64,000 nucleotides of DNA from Candidatus Nanoarchaeia archaeon (GCA_035289925.1 DATDVR010000002.1:10590-74589); one strand, 5' to 3'; shown: positions 26,713 to 36,431, counted from the first letter of the stretch. The notes: generated from the letters alone by a model not told the origin. Numbers and translations are program-made.

Positions 26713-27848
26713 GCAACTACTTGCTTTTGAGCATTTAACTCAGAATATTCTTTCTGATTCATCTTTATCTTTGCAGCCTTTGTAACAAGTTCAGGAATAT
26801 ACTGAGGATTAGAAATTACATTTATAGACCATGCGCATTCATAGCTGCATCTACAATCAGTATCCTTGATAAATTTCTTGACATCTTTAGTTTCCTGATT
26901 TTTCCATAATTTCATGAAGTCCATATCATATTGCCTCAAATTTCCTAATTTTTTCTTATAAAGTATTTCACAGGGATAAACATCACCATTTGCATAGACA
27001 ACTCCAAACAAAGCTCCTGCAGGGCAATGTGATGTGTAATCATTTGTTAAGTAAGTTTTTCCTAGTATATTATTTATTATCATGTTCTTGGCGCTCATCA
27101 ATGTTCCTTGTATCGTTGTACCCCATCCAAGAGTTATTCCATTCATCTGGTCTTCATGTATTTTCTTTGTTAATTTTATATATTCTCTCAAGATTCCTTT
27201 CTTTATCTCAGGATCAATTCTTTTAATTACTCCTTCTTCCCTCATTATTATTGCTGTAAAAGATTTAACGCAAATAGTCTTAAGATATTCGTACAATTCC
27301 ACAACCTTCAAATAATTATGGTCAGTTACAGTTAGTGCAACATTGCATATTATATTTGGTTTGTTGTATTCCATTATCATTTTATAAGTGTTCATAGCGT
27401 GGAAGTACAAGTTTTCAGATCTTCTATTTTCATTGTGTTCTTTTTCAAAATTGTCTATAGAAATTGAGAAAAATAACTTGCCTTTTATTCCAGAAGCGAT
27501 GAATTTGTCTATGAAATTCTTGGTTAATTTTGTGAATCTTCCGTTTGTTGTTATAAAAACAGATTCTATTGGAGTGTTTGTAAAGTAAGCTTTAACAATT
27601 TCAAATATGTCGTTTCTCAAGAAAGGTTCTCCGCCAGTCAAGTTGACATTTACCAATCCTTTTCCTAGATTTTTGGTGAATTTTTCAATTTCTTGTATTG
27701 ATAATTCTCCTGCAAAAGCATCTGGAGCGTCAAAGTCAATAAAGCAGTGCTTGCATCTTGCATTGCACCTATTAGTAATAAAATGCACCAAGCTCAAAGG
27801 CTGTGATTTGGTTACATAAGAATTTACAGCTACTCTCAATGGATTCAT
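26709..27848 (-). CDS. Radical SAM enzyme with C-terminal SPASM-type auxiliary cluster domain
   Basis: HFITNRCNARCKHCF (Cx3Cx2C). C-terminal CPAGALFGVVYANGDVYPCE and CRCSYEC cysteine clusters. Confidence 0.8.
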   Translation of the reverse strand: MNPLRVAVNSYVTKSQPLSLVHFITNRCNARCKHCFIDFDAPDAFAGELSIQEIEKFTKNLGKGLVNVNLTGGEPFLRNDIFEIVKAYFTNTPIESVFITTNGRFTKLTKNFIDKFIASGIKGKLFFSISIDNFEKEHNENRRSENLYFHAMNTYKMIMEYNKPNIICNVALTVTDHNYLKVVELYEYLKTICVKSFTAIIMREEGVIKRIDPEIKKGILREYIKLTKKIHEDQMNGITLGWGTTIQGTLMSAKNMIINNILGKTYLTNDYTSHCPAGALFGVVYANGDVYPCEILYKKKLGNLRQYDMDFMKLWKNQETKDVKKFIKDTDCRCSYECAWSINVISNPQYIPELVTKAAKIKMNQKEYSELNAQKQVVA

Positions 27849-27895
27849 ATGCTAAAACTATCAATGAGACTTTAAAAAGCTTGCGAACTTTAAAT

Positions 27896-28816
27896 TTATT
27901 GCAGGTGAGCTTCTTCGCCAAACTGCCTTAAAACTCCAGCTAAGCTACCATATATCCTTACTGTAATAAAAATAGGATACAAGTACAATAAAGTCAGGTT
28001 GTTTTCCTTGTAGGTTTTCTTCAAGGTCATGTAGATTACATAAAATAAGTAAAATCCAATTAATATTGAACCAAATATTTCAAATGAAAGTAAAAAATCT
28101 TCAGTAAAGATTGCACTTGTCATGAATGCTGCTAAAAATAAGAATATTGCTGCCATCAAGTGATATTTTACCTTGTAGCTTCCACCAATCCATCTTGCCT
28201 GCGAGTAAGTTTCTTTTAATGTGCTTGGATTGTTGTGGTATGCAATTGCATTTTCAACTAGTTTCGCATTTCCAATTTTAGCTGTTAGACTTTGATCATC
28301 AGCATATCCCCAGCTTGGATCAAAACCTGCTGCTTTTTCAAATATTTTTTTCTGTACACATCTATAATTATGTGGAATCCTTTCTTTTATTGTTGGCAAG
28401 ACCCTTATCTTTCCCCAGCATCTTGCCCAAGGATTGTCTAAATTTGTAGCATATTCCTGTCCATGCGTAGTTCCCTTCACATTTTCTTTCAAAATAGGTT
28501 GAATCATAGTTTTAATATAGTTTTTATCCAATCTCATATCAGCATCATGGAAGAAAATTATACTTCCCTTAGAATTTTTAACACCATTGTTTCTTGCAGA
28601 CCCTAATCCTGCATGCTTTTGCTTTACAATCCTAAAATTCTTGAACTGTTTCTTGTATTTATTTGCAACTTCTATTGTTTTATCCTTGCTTCCATCATCT
28701 ATTACTAAAACTTCATAGTCTGTAAAAGTCTGTTTCTTTAAGTCTTCTAAGCAGCCTGGCAAATATTTCTCTTCATTGTAGCAGCACAATACAATAGAAA
28801 CTTTTGGCTTTTTCAT
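27896..28816 (-). CDS. GT2 glycosyltransferase with C-terminal TM helices
   Basis: KVSIVLCCYNEEKYL and HDADM (DxD). Two or three C-terminal TM helices. Confidence 0.8.
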   Translation of the reverse strand: MKKPKVSIVLCCYNEEKYLPGCLEDLKKQTFTDYEVLVIDDGSKDKTIEVANKYKKQFKNFRIVKQKHAGLGSARNNGVKNSKGSIIFFHDADMRLDKNYIKTMIQPILKENVKGTTHGQEYATNLDNPWARCWGKIRVLPTIKERIPHNYRCVQKKIFEKAAGFDPSWGYADDQSLTAKIGNAKLVENAIAYHNNPSTLKETYSQARWIGGSYKVKYHLMAAIFLFLAAFMTSAIFTEDFLLSFEIFGSILIGFYLFYVIYMTLKKTYKENNLTLLYLYPIFITVRIYGSLAGVLRQFGEEAHLQ

Positions 28817-28925
28817 TTTCTAAAAGTTCTAAAACCTATTTATAAAACTTATGGACAAGTAGTAATAGTAGTAAATAATCTGGTAGTTAATAACCTTTAT
28901 AAATCAAATTTTGAGTATTTTTTAG

Positions 28926-29513
28926 ATGGACATCATAAAATTTTTAAGAAGAAAACAGACTTTGTACTGGATTTTTGAAACATTAAGAAAGCCTTTGTAC
29001 TGGATTTATCTTAAAAGAAGATATGTCAAATTTAGCAAGATAAAACTTTTTGGAAAGCCTTTTGTTTTAAATCGTGGAATCATCTCAATAGGAGAAAACA
29101 CAAAGGTTGTTTCTTCAAAATATTACTATGGCGAAGATTTGCCTCAAGTTTCTTTCAATGCAATAGAAGAAGATAGCATTATCGACATAGGTTCAAACTG
29201 CACTTTGTACGGCACTTCATTCAGGTGTGTAAAAAGAATTAAAGTTGGAAACGATGTTGTTTTCGCTTCAGGATGTAAAGTTGTTGATCATGACCATTTT
29301 TTTGAAGTAGAAAGAAGAGGAATCTCAAGTTTCCCGGCAAAAGAAATAATTATCGGCAACAATGTCTGGTGCGGTTTCAATGTAATTATCTTGAAAGGTG
29401 TAAAGATTGGTGACAATTCTATAATTGGAGCTGGTTCTGTAGTTACAAAAGATATCCCAGCAAACGTAATTGCAGCAGGCATGCCCGCAAAGGTAATAAA
29501 GAAAATAAAATGA
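28926..29513 (+). CDS. Left-handed beta-helix (hexapeptide-repeat) acyl/acetyltransferase
   Basis: Repeated [LIV]G..xx hexads: IGNNVWCGFNVIILKGVKIGDNSIIGAGSVVTKDIPANVIAAGMPAKV. Confidence 0.8.
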   Translation: MDIIKFLRRKQTLYWIFETLRKPLYWIYLKRRYVKFSKIKLFGKPFVLNRGIISIGENTKVVSSKYYYGEDLPQVSFNAIEEDSIIDIGSNCTLYGTSFRCVKRIKVGNDVVFASGCKVVDHDHFFEVERRGISSFPAKEIIIGNNVWCGFNVIILKGVKIGDNSIIGAGSVVTKDIPANVIAAGMPAKVIKKIK

Positions 29514-30646
29514 AAATTGCTTTTGTAAACGAATATTACAAGCCGGTAATTGGCGGAGTAAATCAGGTAGTTGAAGAGCTTTCAAAATTATATTTAAAAG
29601 ACGGCCATGAAGTTCATGTTTATTGTTCAGATTGGGATAAAAATAAAAGAATTTCAAGAAAAAAAGAAATAATTGATGGAGTTTATGTCAATAGATGCTT
29701 CCACTGGTTCAGAGCTGGTAATTTTGTAACGTTTTTCCCTTCAGTTTTCTTTAAATTGCTAAAAAAAGACTTTGACATAATCCATTCGCATGAATCGGGA
29801 CATCCTCACGTTTTCTTTTCTGCATTAGCTTCATTCTTAAAAGGAGTTCCTCACATCCATACCACGCATTGTCCTTGGACAGATTCTTTCAGAAGTTTCT
29901 TTGCCAATATCATGAAATGGCCAGCCTACAATATTTTCATGAGATTGTCTTATTCAATGTCAAAAGCAGTTGTTGCAATCACGCCATGGGAGCTTCCAAT
30001 TCTTTCAAAATACGTTTCAAGAAGTAAAATAAAAGTTATTCCTAACGGCATGTCTTCAATATTCTTCAATAAAGTAAAAAATAATAATTTTAGGAAGAAA
30101 ATAAAGTCAAAAAAGAACTTAATTTTATTCTTTGGCAGATTAAACGTCACAAAAGGTCCTGACAAGTTTGTTCTTGCTGCAAAAGAAATACTAAAAGAAA
30201 GAAAAGATGTCACTTTTGTTATTCGTGGACCAGACGAAGGCATGAAATCTAAAGTTAGATTCTTGATTGGAGATGAAAAGAACATAGTTTTGATGGAACC
30301 AACCACAAATAAAGTGGAAATTGCAAAGATGTATCAAGCTTCAGATGTTTTTGTTCTTCCAAGCTATAGGGAAGGCTTGCCTTTGACTATCTTTGAAGCC
30401 ATGGCTTCTGGCTTGCCAATTGTAGCTTCTCCTGTTAATGGGGTTCCTTTCGAGATGAAGCACAATGAAAACGGATTGTTTGTAAATTACGGCAACATTC
30501 AAGGATTGAAAAAATCTATTTTAACATTGTTGAAAGATAAAAAATTAGTTTCTAAGATGAAAAAGAATAATTTAGAAAAGGCAAAGAACTACAGATGGGA
30601 AATTATTTATAAAAAATATCTAAATCTTTATAAGAAGTTTTATTAG
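29510..30646 (+). CDS. GT4 (GT-B, retaining) glycosyltransferase
   Basis: PSYREGLPLTIFEAMASGLPIVASPVNG is the E-x7-E motif region. Confidence 0.85.
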   Translation: MKIAFVNEYYKPVIGGVNQVVEELSKLYLKDGHEVHVYCSDWDKNKRISRKKEIIDGVYVNRCFHWFRAGNFVTFFPSVFFKLLKKDFDIIHSHESGHPHVFFSALASFLKGVPHIHTTHCPWTDSFRSFFANIMKWPAYNIFMRLSYSMSKAVVAITPWELPILSKYVSRSKIKVIPNGMSSIFFNKVKNNNFRKKIKSKKNLILFFGRLNVTKGPDKFVLAAKEILKERKDVTFVIRGPDEGMKSKVRFLIGDEKNIVLMEPTTNKVEIAKMYQASDVFVLPSYREGLPLTIFEAMASGLPIVASPVNGVPFEMKHNENGLFVNYGNIQGLKKSILTLLKDKKLVSKMKKNNLEKAKNYRWEIIYKKYLNLYKKFY

Positions 30647-30683
30647 ACAGATTTATAAACTTAAAGAATCATCATTTGCTTTA

Positions 30684-31193
30684 ATGGATAAAAGAGGTTC
30701 AGCAAGTGAATGGTTCTTAGTAATTGTTGTAGTATTAGTTGTAGGTGGTTTAGTTTTGTTCATTTCTTCAAGAATGTTCTACACAAAAGCAGGTGTTGAT
30801 AAGATGCTAACTGATACTAAAGAACAGATTAAGTCAGAAGGCTACAGTAAATGCCAATCAGTATTGTTAACTGACAGTGCCAGAAGCAGTTCATACAAGT
30901 CAGAATATTTAGGAAAAACTCCAAAGCAGATTTGTAATGATCTAAACAAAGACCTTAAGTTCTTGAATCAGATTTACAATTTTGGAATCTATACTGGAGA
31001 TACTGCAGCTACTTGCGACGATTACCAAAAAAACGACTTAACATTTTCAGTAAGCGAGTTTAGATTGGCTGATGAATCTGAATTTGATAAAGCCTTGACG
31101 CAACAAAGTGGAGAACCTACTTGCATAACGAGAAGAAATACTTATAGCAGAGGTTTTGAATCAACAGTTAATCAAATGGCAATCTGCTGTTAA
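30684..31193 (+). CDS. Hypothetical exported protein, possible class III (archaeal pilin-like) signal peptide
   Basis: MDKRG/SASEWFLVIVVVLVVGGLVLF (basic residues, Gly, then a hydrophobic stretch). Six Cys, including a terminal CC. The pilin-like call is tentative. Confidence 0.4.
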   Translation: MDKRGSASEWFLVIVVVLVVGGLVLFISSRMFYTKAGVDKMLTDTKEQIKSEGYSKCQSVLLTDSARSSSYKSEYLGKTPKQICNDLNKDLKFLNQIYNFGIYTGDTAATCDDYQKNDLTFSVSEFRLADESEFDKALTQQSGEPTCITRRNTYSRGFESTVNQMAICC

Positions 31194-31969
31194 TTAGTGA
31201 TTTTTTCATAAATTGAAGTATCTTTCTTGTTACTCCAGTAAAAAGCCATCTTTCTTAGCATACAATTAGCACAATAGCCACAATGAACTGGAACCTTTCC
31301 CTTAAACTCTCCACCATTATAGCAGCTATAAGTATTTCTCCAGTCAATTTTTAGTTTATTTCCAAGATTTACAACATCTTCCTTGTCCATCTTCATTAAT
31401 GGAGCTAAGATTTTATATCCTTCATCCAAAGTTGATTGATTGGCAGCCAAATTTATTATTTTTAAAAAAGTAGGTGTGCAGTCCTTCATTGGAACTCTTC
31501 CTTCTTCTCTTATTCCCATAAAAATATCATATCTTTTCTTCTTTCTCAAGTAATAAGATTCAGCATGTGCCAAAGCTGCAAAAGTAAATAAAGAATTCCT
31601 GCAGGGAACCCACCATTTTCTTATTTTTTCTTTTTCCTTTTCTATATTTCCTAAGTCTTTTTTAGTTGTCTTAGGTATTTTGGCATCAATTTTGTTCAAT
31701 AAGGCAGGACTTATCTCTCCAAGCCATCTCAAGTTTATTGTTTTCACTTTTGCTTTTAGTTGTTTAGCTATCTGATTTACGCAAAACTCTTCCTGTTTTA
31801 AGGTTCTCTGTCCATAGTCAAAGAACAAAAATTCAAGATTAGAATAATTAAGCTTCTTTTTGACATAATAAGCTACAGTTGAGCTGTCTAGTCCTCCAGA
31901 AATAACTATTATTGCATTTTTTTGCATAGAATTAACAGCTATTTTCAATTTATAAGTATTCTGAATCAA
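31190..31969 (-). CDS. queC: 7-cyano-7-deazaguanine synthase (QueC)-family PP-loop ATPase
   Basis: IIVISGGLDSST (SGGxDS PP-loop), DYGQR, VPCRNSLF, and a C-terminal SCYNG...HCGYCANCMLRK zinc-cysteine cluster. Confidence 0.7.
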   Translation of the reverse strand: MIQNTYKLKIAVNSMQKNAIIVISGGLDSSTVAYYVKKKLNYSNLEFLFFDYGQRTLKQEEFCVNQIAKQLKAKVKTINLRWLGEISPALLNKIDAKIPKTTKKDLGNIEKEKEKIRKWWVPCRNSLFTFAALAHAESYYLRKKKRYDIFMGIREEGRVPMKDCTPTFLKIINLAANQSTLDEGYKILAPLMKMDKEDVVNLGNKLKIDWRNTYSCYNGGEFKGKVPVHCGYCANCMLRKMAFYWSNKKDTSIYEKITN

Positions 31970-32003
31970 AAGATTTATAAAAACTTACACAATCTTTTTT
32001 AAT

Positions 32004-32201
32004 ATGAAAGTTAAGGTAAAAGACTTGCAGGTCGGCAATACTGTTCTTATAGAAGGAAAAGAGCACAAAATAACAAGATTTGAAATGTCCAACATAGGCA
32101 AGCAAGGTTCATCCAAATGCAGGATTGAAGCAACAGAAAAATCATCTGGAGCAAACAAGATTTACATCAAATTATCAGAAGAAGATATAGAAATTCTTTA
32201 A
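32004..32201 (+). CDS. aIF5A-like protein consisting only of the N-terminal SH3-like domain (65 aa)
   Basis: LQVGNTVLIEGKEHKITRFEMSNIGKQGSSKCRIEA parallels the aIF5A hypusine loop (..SKPGKHGSAKARI..). The ORF stops after about 65 aa, with no OB-fold C-domain in any frame downstream. Confidence 0.6.
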   Translation: MKVKVKDLQVGNTVLIEGKEHKITRFEMSNIGKQGSSKCRIEATEKSSGANKIYIKLSEEDIEIL

Positions 32202-32240
32202 TTCATAAGCTTTTTAAAGCATATTCTACAGTATATAATT

Positions 32241-32972
32241 ATGGAAAATCACATTTCTTGGAAGAATCATTTAGAAGGATTAGTAGCTAGTCTTGAAAAA
32301 TCAGGAGAAAACTTAGAGGGTAAATTCTGCAAAATGTTAGCAAATGACATTGTAAGAGAAGCAAATAGAAGAGGAAATTATTATAGACAATTAAGTGGCA
32401 GAAAAAGAGGCAGTTATGTAAGAGATTCAATAAGGGAAGTATTGCCTAGTTTAGAAACTGGAGTATTATATTCAAATAGAGATATTGCTAACAAAACAGG
32501 ACACTTTATTAGCAGTATTAATAACGCTTTAATAGATTTACAAGATGAAAGTGGTTTAGTGTCAATTCTATTATGTAAGGATATATTTACTCAAGGTAGT
32601 GATTATTACTGGATGGCCCCAATAGAACAAAAAAGAAAACAAAAAATAAAAGTTAAATTACCTAAAGAATTACCAGAAGTATTTATAAAAAAGAATTACA
32701 ATATAAAAGAATTAGAAAAAATTTGGGGTAACGCGGTAACAACAGTAAAGAAAGCCGGATATGTAGAACTAAAGGGTTTTACTTTAGATTGGCAACGTGA
32801 AAATGAATATCTTTTTGAATTATTTATTTCAATTAATAAGTTATCTATAGGAAAACTTCCATCAGGAAAAGTAGTAATTGGTTATGATGCAAAATATGTT
32901 AAAGATTTCAAAAGAGATCATTCTGGATATAGAGTAAAAAAGAACGCAAAACCTGCCGTTAATAACCTTTAA
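32241..32972 (+). CDS. Hypothetical protein
   Basis: 243-aa ORF with its own upstream A/T box. No motif recognised. Confidence 0.5.
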   Translation: MENHISWKNHLEGLVASLEKSGENLEGKFCKMLANDIVREANRRGNYYRQLSGRKRGSYVRDSIREVLPSLETGVLYSNRDIANKTGHFISSINNALIDLQDESGLVSILLCKDIFTQGSDYYWMAPIEQKRKQKIKVKLPKELPEVFIKKNYNIKELEKIWGNAVTTVKKAGYVELKGFTLDWQRENEYLFELFISINKLSIGKLPSGKVVIGYDAKYVKDFKRDHSGYRVKKNAKPAVNNL

Positions 32973-32997
32973 AAACAGTATTTCTAGCTTTCTTTAG

Positions 32998-33909
32998 ATG
33001 TTACACATTATCATAACAGCTTACGGAGAGCCAAAAGCAACAGAAAAAGCAGTAAGATGCATTCTAGACCAGGATTTGCCAGTCAACACTAAAATTATAG
33101 TTTGTGATCCATTTCCAGATGTAAAAACTTATATTGAAAAAAAGTTTGGAAATAAAATAGAATTCTTTGTAGATCCTGATGAAGGAAAATCAACAGCATT
33201 GAACATTATTTTTAACAACATCTGGTCTGAAAACATAGATGACATAATTATGATGACAGATGGAGATGTTTTCCTAGAAAAAAACTCAGTAAGAGAAATA
33301 ATTTCTAAATTTAAAGACAAAAAAGTAGGCGTTGTTTGTGGTCATCCAGTTCCTTTGAATGATAAAAATACAAAATATGGATTCTGGGCACATTTCCAGT
33401 TCCATTGCATGAACTTAATAAGAAAAACATTTGCAGTCAAAGACAAATTCTTTGAAACATCAGGTTATTTATGGGCAATTAGAAATGGAGTGATAAAATC
33501 ATTCCCAATAGATTCCTCAGAAGACTCAATAGTCCCATATTTATTCTATGACAAAGGTTATTATGTTGACTATTCAGAAAATGCCAAGGTTTTAGTCTTG
33601 AATCCTCAAAACTGGAACGATTGGATTAACCAAAGAAAGAGAAACATCAAAGGACACTCAACAATAGAAAAGAACAAGCCTAAAAATTCTCCAAAAAGGA
33701 TTAAAACATTCTTGAATGAAGTAAAAAAAGGAGTTTTAATGTCGTTGTCTTATCCAAAATCAATAAAAGAATGGATATGGATGCTTCAATTTTACTTTGC
33801 AAGAACCTATGGCTGGTTTATAGCTTACTATGAGATGAAGTTCAAGAAGAAAAAATACAAAGATGGCTGGAGAGAAACAGAAATGGCTTCAACAAGGCCT
33901 TTAGATTAA
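32998..33909 (+). CDS. GT2 glycosyltransferase
   Basis: MLHIIITAYGEPK and TDGDV (DxD), 303 aa. Confidence 0.75.
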   Translation: MLHIIITAYGEPKATEKAVRCILDQDLPVNTKIIVCDPFPDVKTYIEKKFGNKIEFFVDPDEGKSTALNIIFNNIWSENIDDIIMMTDGDVFLEKNSVREIISKFKDKKVGVVCGHPVPLNDKNTKYGFWAHFQFHCMNLIRKTFAVKDKFFETSGYLWAIRNGVIKSFPIDSSEDSIVPYLFYDKGYYVDYSENAKVLVLNPQNWNDWINQRKRNIKGHSTIEKNKPKNSPKRIKTFLNEVKKGVLMSLSYPKSIKEWIWMLQFYFARTYGWFIAYYEMKFKKKKYKDGWRETEMASTRPLD

Positions 33910-33949
33910 GTTCACAAAGCTTATAAACACAAACTAATAGTTAAAAATA

Positions 33950-34195
33950 ATGACAGAACCTCTAGAAAAAAAATTGGAGAATTCAGATACAATTAATAGA
34001 ACCATTAATTGTAGAATGATAGATTTTGTTCCTCTGGCTGGAATTTTAACATACTTTTGTCGCATGAAAGACTTTGATGAAAAAACTTATGGGAAACCTA
34101 TAGAATTAAATGAAAATCAATTTTACGATCAAAATAGTTTATCTATTTTTATGGGAGCCTATCATACTGCAGCAGCAATAATTTTATTTAGTTAA
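33950..34195 (+). CDS. Small hypothetical protein
   Basis: 81-aa ORF in otherwise empty space. No motif. Its 3' end overlaps the convergent gene by 12 nt. Confidence 0.3.
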   Translation: MTEPLEKKLENSDTINRTINCRMIDFVPLAGILTYFCRMKDFDEKTYGKPIELNENQFYDQNSLSIFMGAYHTAAAIILFS

Positions 34196-34771
34196 ATTAA
34201 TTTTCTCTAAAGCATCTTTCTTGTCAACATCAATCAAAAAACATCTTTTATCTTTAGCAATCTGCTTAAATCCATAATCAATTAGTTTTAGCATTCCTAT
34301 TTCTTCTTCAGTATATTTTTTTCCATCTCTTTTTTCAGCTCTTTTAACAGCATCCTCAAATTTTCCAGTTAATATTATGACTTTTTCTGGTATCAATCCT
34401 AATTTTTTCCTTATCTCCATTAATTTACGATATTCTTTCATCAATTCTTTCTTGTTTCCCTTGCATAATTGGGCAGCAGCATACAAGCAGGAAGTGTCAG
34501 CTCCCCTATCTTGAATTACATTTCCTTTTTTCAAGTTAGGCTTGACTTTTTTCTCTATCTGCTCCAAGTCTATTGCAAAAAACTTCAATACATCATCAAT
34601 AGGATTCTCAGTTCTATAAAAAATGTCGTCATTATTCAAGGTTTTAATTATCTTTTCTCCAAATTCTGTCAATTCAGTATCTTTAATCACAAAAGCATTT
34701 GTAATTTTGTCTAAGAAAAAGCTTTTCCCTATTCCTTCAATGCCTTCTATTGAAATATATTTTCCTTTCAT
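34184..34771 (-). CDS. Thymidylate kinase-like P-loop kinase
   Basis: KYISIEGIEGIGKSFF (Walker A, Tmk-type IEG.dGsGKs) and QDRGADTSCLYAAAQ (DR-motif region). Confidence 0.6.
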   Translation of the reverse strand: MKGKYISIEGIEGIGKSFFLDKITNAFVIKDTELTEFGEKIIKTLNNDDIFYRTENPIDDVLKFFAIDLEQIEKKVKPNLKKGNVIQDRGADTSCLYAAAQLCKGNKKELMKEYRKLMEIRKKLGLIPEKVIILTGKFEDAVKRAEKRDGKKYTEEEIGMLKLIDYGFKQIAKDKRCFLIDVDKKDALEKINLTK

Positions 34772-35163
34772 TTTATTTTTTCTAGTTCTTTTCTTAAAAG
34801 TTCAATCGATTGAACCATCTGAACAGAGTTTGTAATCATCAAGTTTATATCAACTGGCCTAAATCTTACATCTTCTAATAATCCAATTACTTTTTTTCCT
34901 TTTGCAATAGCATATCCTATTTCCCAGGCAGTTCCAGGATCTATTGCTTGTCCATTTAGCACAGCAATCATAAAATCACATTCTACAACAGCATCCCTAT
35001 CTCTTTTATATATCCAAGAACTATCTCCTTCTCCATCCCAGACAGCAGCATCTCTTTGCGGCAGGTAGGTATCAATTTTCAAACTTTTACATAATTTATC
35101 AATCTTTTCCAGATAGCTTCTTTCTCCTTCATTGAACAATGGGCCTGCAATGTAAACTTTCAT
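34768..35163 (-). CDS. Nucleoside 2-deoxyribosyltransferase-family protein
   Basis: MKVYIAGPLFNEGER...DPGTAWEIGYAIAKGKKVIGL is the family signature. Confidence 0.7.
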   Translation of the reverse strand: MKVYIAGPLFNEGERSYLEKIDKLCKSLKIDTYLPQRDAAVWDGEGDSSWIYKRDRDAVVECDFMIAVLNGQAIDPGTAWEIGYAIAKGKKVIGLLEDVRFRPVDINLMITNSVQMVQSIELLRKELEKIK

Positions 35164-36431
35164 AGCGTCACGTGTATTGTAGAGTAAAACTTATTTATTT
35201 TTCTTTCTTTCAATATCTTTTCAGCCTTATCTTCTACTTTTTTTCCATTTTTTCTTAGATATTCAACAACTTCTTTAACTTTGTCGCACATCACTTTTAT
35301 GTTTTCTTTGTTTAGATTAGGATAATTAGGCAATATTAAGTGGTTGTTGCAAAATTTATCAGTCTCAGGATAATTTCCTTTGTCATTTATTATTTTTATC
35401 TTGGCCAGGTTAGTAGGGAAATAAACTCCTATAGGTATCCCTTCCAAAGCCAGGCTAGCATATAAAGTATTTCTAGTAAATTCATTGCTTTCTATTGTAC
35501 AAGGTATATTAGAATATATTCTTCCTTCGTCAGTATCTTCTTGGAACTTTAATTCCTTTACATTTTTCAATTCATTCTTGATTTGCAAGGCATTTCTGTT
35601 AAATCCTTCAATAAATTCTGGTAATTCTTTCAGTTTATGCATAGCAACAGCAGCCAATATTGGGCTAAACCTGAAATTATATCCTATTCTTGGATATTCT
35701 ACACCATTTATCCAGTCAGAAGCAGTTATTTCTGAAACTTGTGTAATGTTTTCATCAAATCTTTTTATTATTTCTCCTTCATGTCTTAAGATTCTTACTT
35801 GTTTTGTAATTTCATCATTATTTGTTGTTACAGCTCCGCCTTCACCAATCCTTAAAACCTTGGCTTCACCAAAGCTATGGCATCCAATTCCAAAGCTTCC
35901 AACATTTTTTCCTCTGTATTTGGCTCCAGTAGCATGTGCACAGTCTTCAACAACAGGAATATTCAGTTTCATTATTTCATTCATGTTGCAGGGATTTCCA
36001 AACATGTGGACAGGGATAATTGCTTTCGTTTTATTGGTTATTTTATTTTTGAGCTGTTTAACATCCATATTTACTGTCTTGTCAATATCTACAAAAACAG
36101 GTTTTGCTCCAGTTGCAAGTACAGACATCAATGTGGCGACATAAGTATAGCTTGGTAATATTACTTCATCATCTCCTCCAACATTTAAAGCTTTTAATGA
36201 TGCAAACAATGCTGATGTGCAGTTAGTTACAGCAATTGTATTTTTAGAATTTACATATTTTCCAAATTTATCCTCAAATTCCTTCACTTTAGGATTGTCA
36301 AACATGGAAAAGCTTCCAGATTTTAATACATCATTGACTTCAGTTATCAAATTATCATTGCAGCTGTTGCTATCATAAGGAAAATAATCTTCTCTTATTG
36401 TTTTATCACCATTTTCAATTGCTAATTTCAT
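35160..36431 (-). CDS. DegT/DnrJ/EryC1-family PLP-dependent sugar aminotransferase or dehydratase
   Basis: VEDCAHATGAKYRGKNVGSFGIGCHSFGEAKVL (PLP-lysine region), 423 aa. Confidence 0.85.
   Translation of the reverse strand: MKLAIENGDKTIREDYFPYDSNSCNDNLITEVNDVLKSGSFSMFDNPKVKEFEDKFGKYVNSKNTIAVTNCTSALFASLKALNVGGDDEVILPSYTYVATLMSVLATGAKPVFVDIDKTVNMDVKQLKNKITNKTKAIIPVHMFGNPCNMNEIMKLNIPVVEDCAHATGAKYRGKNVGSFGIGCHSFGEAKVLRIGEGGAVTTNNDEITKQVRILRHEGEIIKRFDENITQVSEITASDWINGVEYPRIGYNFRFSPILAAVAMHKLKELPEFIEGFNRNALQIKNELKNVKELKFQEDTDEGRIYSNIPCTIESNEFTRNTLYASLALEGIPIGVYFPTNLAKIKIINDKGNYPETDKFCNNHLILPNYPNLNKENIKVMCDKVKEVVEYLRKNGKKVEDKAEKILKERKINKFYSTIHVTL

Noticed and set aside
26346-26738. 130-aa plus-strand ORF overlapping the GT2 gene out of frame
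   Set aside because: The alternative frame of 25639..26712 has no motif, while the GT2 frame has DxD and TM features.
35485-36144. 219-aa plus-strand ORF (and many other 60-140-aa ORFs inside larger genes, e.g. 6313..6699, 23547..23981, 47724..48137, 38390..38764)
   Set aside because: They are antisense to well-supported genes with clear family motifs. Their composition is low-complexity and hydrophobic, as expected for antisense frames in AT-rich DNA.
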